Below are positions 62,305 to 64,000 of a stretch of 64,000 nt of DNA, one piece after another. The position numbers and the translations under genes are program-made. Under the pieces are notes generated by a model. That model had not been told where the DNA came from. It saw only the letters and a list, made by a program, of their open reading frames with translations, and searched no databases. How positions within the stretch are numbered: the first letter of the stretch is position 1; every line of letters begins with the position of its first letter. This DNA comes from Gammaproteobacteria bacterium (GTDB taxonomy: Bacteria; Pseudomonadota; Gammaproteobacteria; JBCCGL01), in assembly GCA_965277715.1 (NCBI GenBank), contig OZ255836.1:224001-288000 (forward strand). The letters are read 5' to 3'.

Positions 62305-63453
62305 ATGCCACAAGCCTGCGCAATTGCGCCCTGTACGCCCCTGGAGTACTGCAAACAACCCCGTATAGCGCCTGGCACGGCAAGTGCGTCAACTGTCTGT
62401 AAATCACTGATCGATGCCGTACCCGGTGCGCTGTTACTGCTGGATGCCAGTGGCAATATTGCCAGTGCCAACGATACCGCCTGTAACTGGTTGAATGGCC
62501 CATTACTCGGTCAGTGTTGGCGCGATGTTTACCAGCGTGAATTTCAATCAGGTCTCAATCGGGGGGATTTGTCGACCCGCGATAACCGTTTGTTAAATAT
62601 CTCAACCCGGCCACTCGGTGACAAGCCTGGGCAGGTTGTCCTGCTCAGTGATGTCACCGAAAGCCGCATGTTACAACAACTAATGGAACGCAATACGCGG
62701 CTGGTATCGATGGGGGAGATGGTCGCCCGTCTTTCCCACCAGATCCGCACACCTATCGCCACTGTCGTGTTGTACCTGACGCAGATGCAGGCGACTTCAC
62801 TGAATTTGAGCACTCAGCAGGCATTTATCGAAAAATCGCTGGCACGGTTACGCCATGTCGAAAAAATGATTCGCGATATGTTGATGTTTGCCCACGGAGC
62901 GCGCACCGATGTGGAAACCATGTCGATATCGGTGGTGCTCAATGAGCTGGATCAACAATTGGCACCGCTGATGGAATTGGCCGGTGCACAGTATCAGATT
63001 AATTGCGACACCACGGCATTGCTGCGCGCCAATTGCACCGGCATGGTGACGGCTTTATTGAATATTTGTAGCAATGCCATCGAGAACGTCGGCCCGAGCC
63101 TCCGCTTGACCATTAATGCCGATCAGGACGAGGCAGAAAATACGGTGATTAAAATAGCCGATAACGGCAAAGGCGTTGCACCGGCACTGCGTCAGCGCGT
63201 ATTTCAACCTTTTTTTACCACGCGCAACGACGGCACCGGGCTGGGTTTATCCGTGGTTAAGTCGATTGTCGAGGCGCACAACGGGACGATTGAAATAAAG
63301 CGTGCAGCAATGGGCGGGGCGCTGTTTGTGATAACAATCCCCGCACTTAACACCAGTCGGCGCGGAGCAACTCAACAGCCTGCCAAGGGCGGTAACAAGC
63401 GTGTGCCTATGCCCTCTGTTGCCAGCCGTTTCGCAATGCGCACCGCTACCTGA
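62305..63453 (+). CDS. fleS: flagellar PAS sensor histidine kinase FleS/FlrB
   Basis: PAS, GEMVARLSHQIRTP H-box, FQPFFTT..GTGLGL. Confidence 0.85.
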   Translation: MPQACAIAPCTPLEYCKQPRIAPGTASASTVCKSLIDAVPGALLLLDASGNIASANDTACNWLNGPLLGQCWRDVYQREFQSGLNRGDLSTRDNRLLNISTRPLGDKPGQVVLLSDVTESRMLQQLMERNTRLVSMGEMVARLSHQIRTPIATVVLYLTQMQATSLNLSTQQAFIEKSLARLRHVEKMIRDMLMFAHGARTDVETMSISVVLNELDQQLAPLMELAGAQYQINCDTTALLRANCTGMVTALLNICSNAIENVGPSLRLTINADQDEAENTVIKIADNGKGVAPALRQRVFQPFFTTRNDGTGLGLSVVKSIVEAHNGTIEIKRAAMGGALFVITIPALNTSRRGATQQPAKGGNKRVPMPSVASRFAMRTAT

Positions 63454-63565
63454 TCGTTGCTATGACAATTCCTCGTTATAGTGGGAACAGTGTAGGGGCG
63501 TTCCCCTATTTGCCAAACAGATAGAACTGTTAACAAAAAAGATCGATTCGAGAGAGGTAATAAGT

Positions 63566-64000
63566 ATGAGTAAAGCAAAAATCCTGGTGGTTGAAGATGA
63601 CGATGCACTGCGCCAGGCACTGACCGATACGCTGGAACTGGCGGGTTACCCGGTATACGCCTGTGATAATGGCGAATCGGCGCTAACGACGCTGCACCTG
63701 CAAACGGATATTGCGCTGGTTGTCAGCGATGTGCAAATGGCCCCTGTCGACGGTTTAACGCTGCTGAAATCGATTCGCACATCGAATACCGATTTACCGG
63801 TCATTCTAATGACTGCCTACGGCAGCGTGCCTCGTGCGGTCGATGCATTGCAACACGGCGCTAATGATTACCTCGCCAAGCCATTTGAAGTGGGAGCGCT
63901 ACTGGAAAAAATAGACGGTTTATTAGTCTCCCAGCAAACGCGTGAAGACACCTTTATCGCCACTGATCCGGTAATGCAGAAACTGATTGGTATCGCACAG
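63566..64000 (+). CDS. fleR: sigma54-dependent response regulator FleR/FlrC, partial
   Basis: MSKAKILVVEDDDALRQALTDTLELAGY..SDVQM..MTAYG..YLAKPF; runs off the window. Confidence 0.85.
   Translation, partial: MSKAKILVVEDDDALRQALTDTLELAGYPVYACDNGESALTTLHLQTDIALVVSDVQMAPVDGLTLLKSIRTSNTDLPVILMTAYGSVPRAVDALQHGANDYLAKPFEVGALLEKIDGLLVSQQTREDTFIATDPVMQKLIGIAQ

Overview
Gammaproteobacterial chromosome segment. 1-26 kb is mostly intact metabolic genes: a betaine/carnitine-type CoA cluster, dciA/M23, acs, BenE, a Rieske oxygenase, and a PQQ-dehydrogenase/cytochrome c/PqqU-like receptor/TonB module. It is interrupted by a C-protein-like XRE plus MmeI-type methylase/helicase/T5orf172 nuclease (YeeABC/DnmA-like) locus. 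26-62 kb is a decayed accessory region with about 9 orphan Rhs toxin-tip/immunity cassettes (recognisable tips look envelope-acting), many IS elements (IS4, IS5, IS3, IS66, ISL3, ISNCY-like, IS110/IS1111), a symE remnant, a RosmerTA-like pair, a split and replaced tRNA-Ile(CAT) and an rpoD 3' fragment. The window ends in fleS/fleR. The strongest sequence-level signals are: (i) an IS1111 non-coding RNA whose target and donor guides can be matched to the observed junctions; (ii) a small GGGGTCA/GGACAGGCA palindromic repeat family that stutters at its ends, follows immunity genes and is the shared landing site of several unrelated IS. Everything was read by eye; no searches were run and some ends may be off by a few bases.
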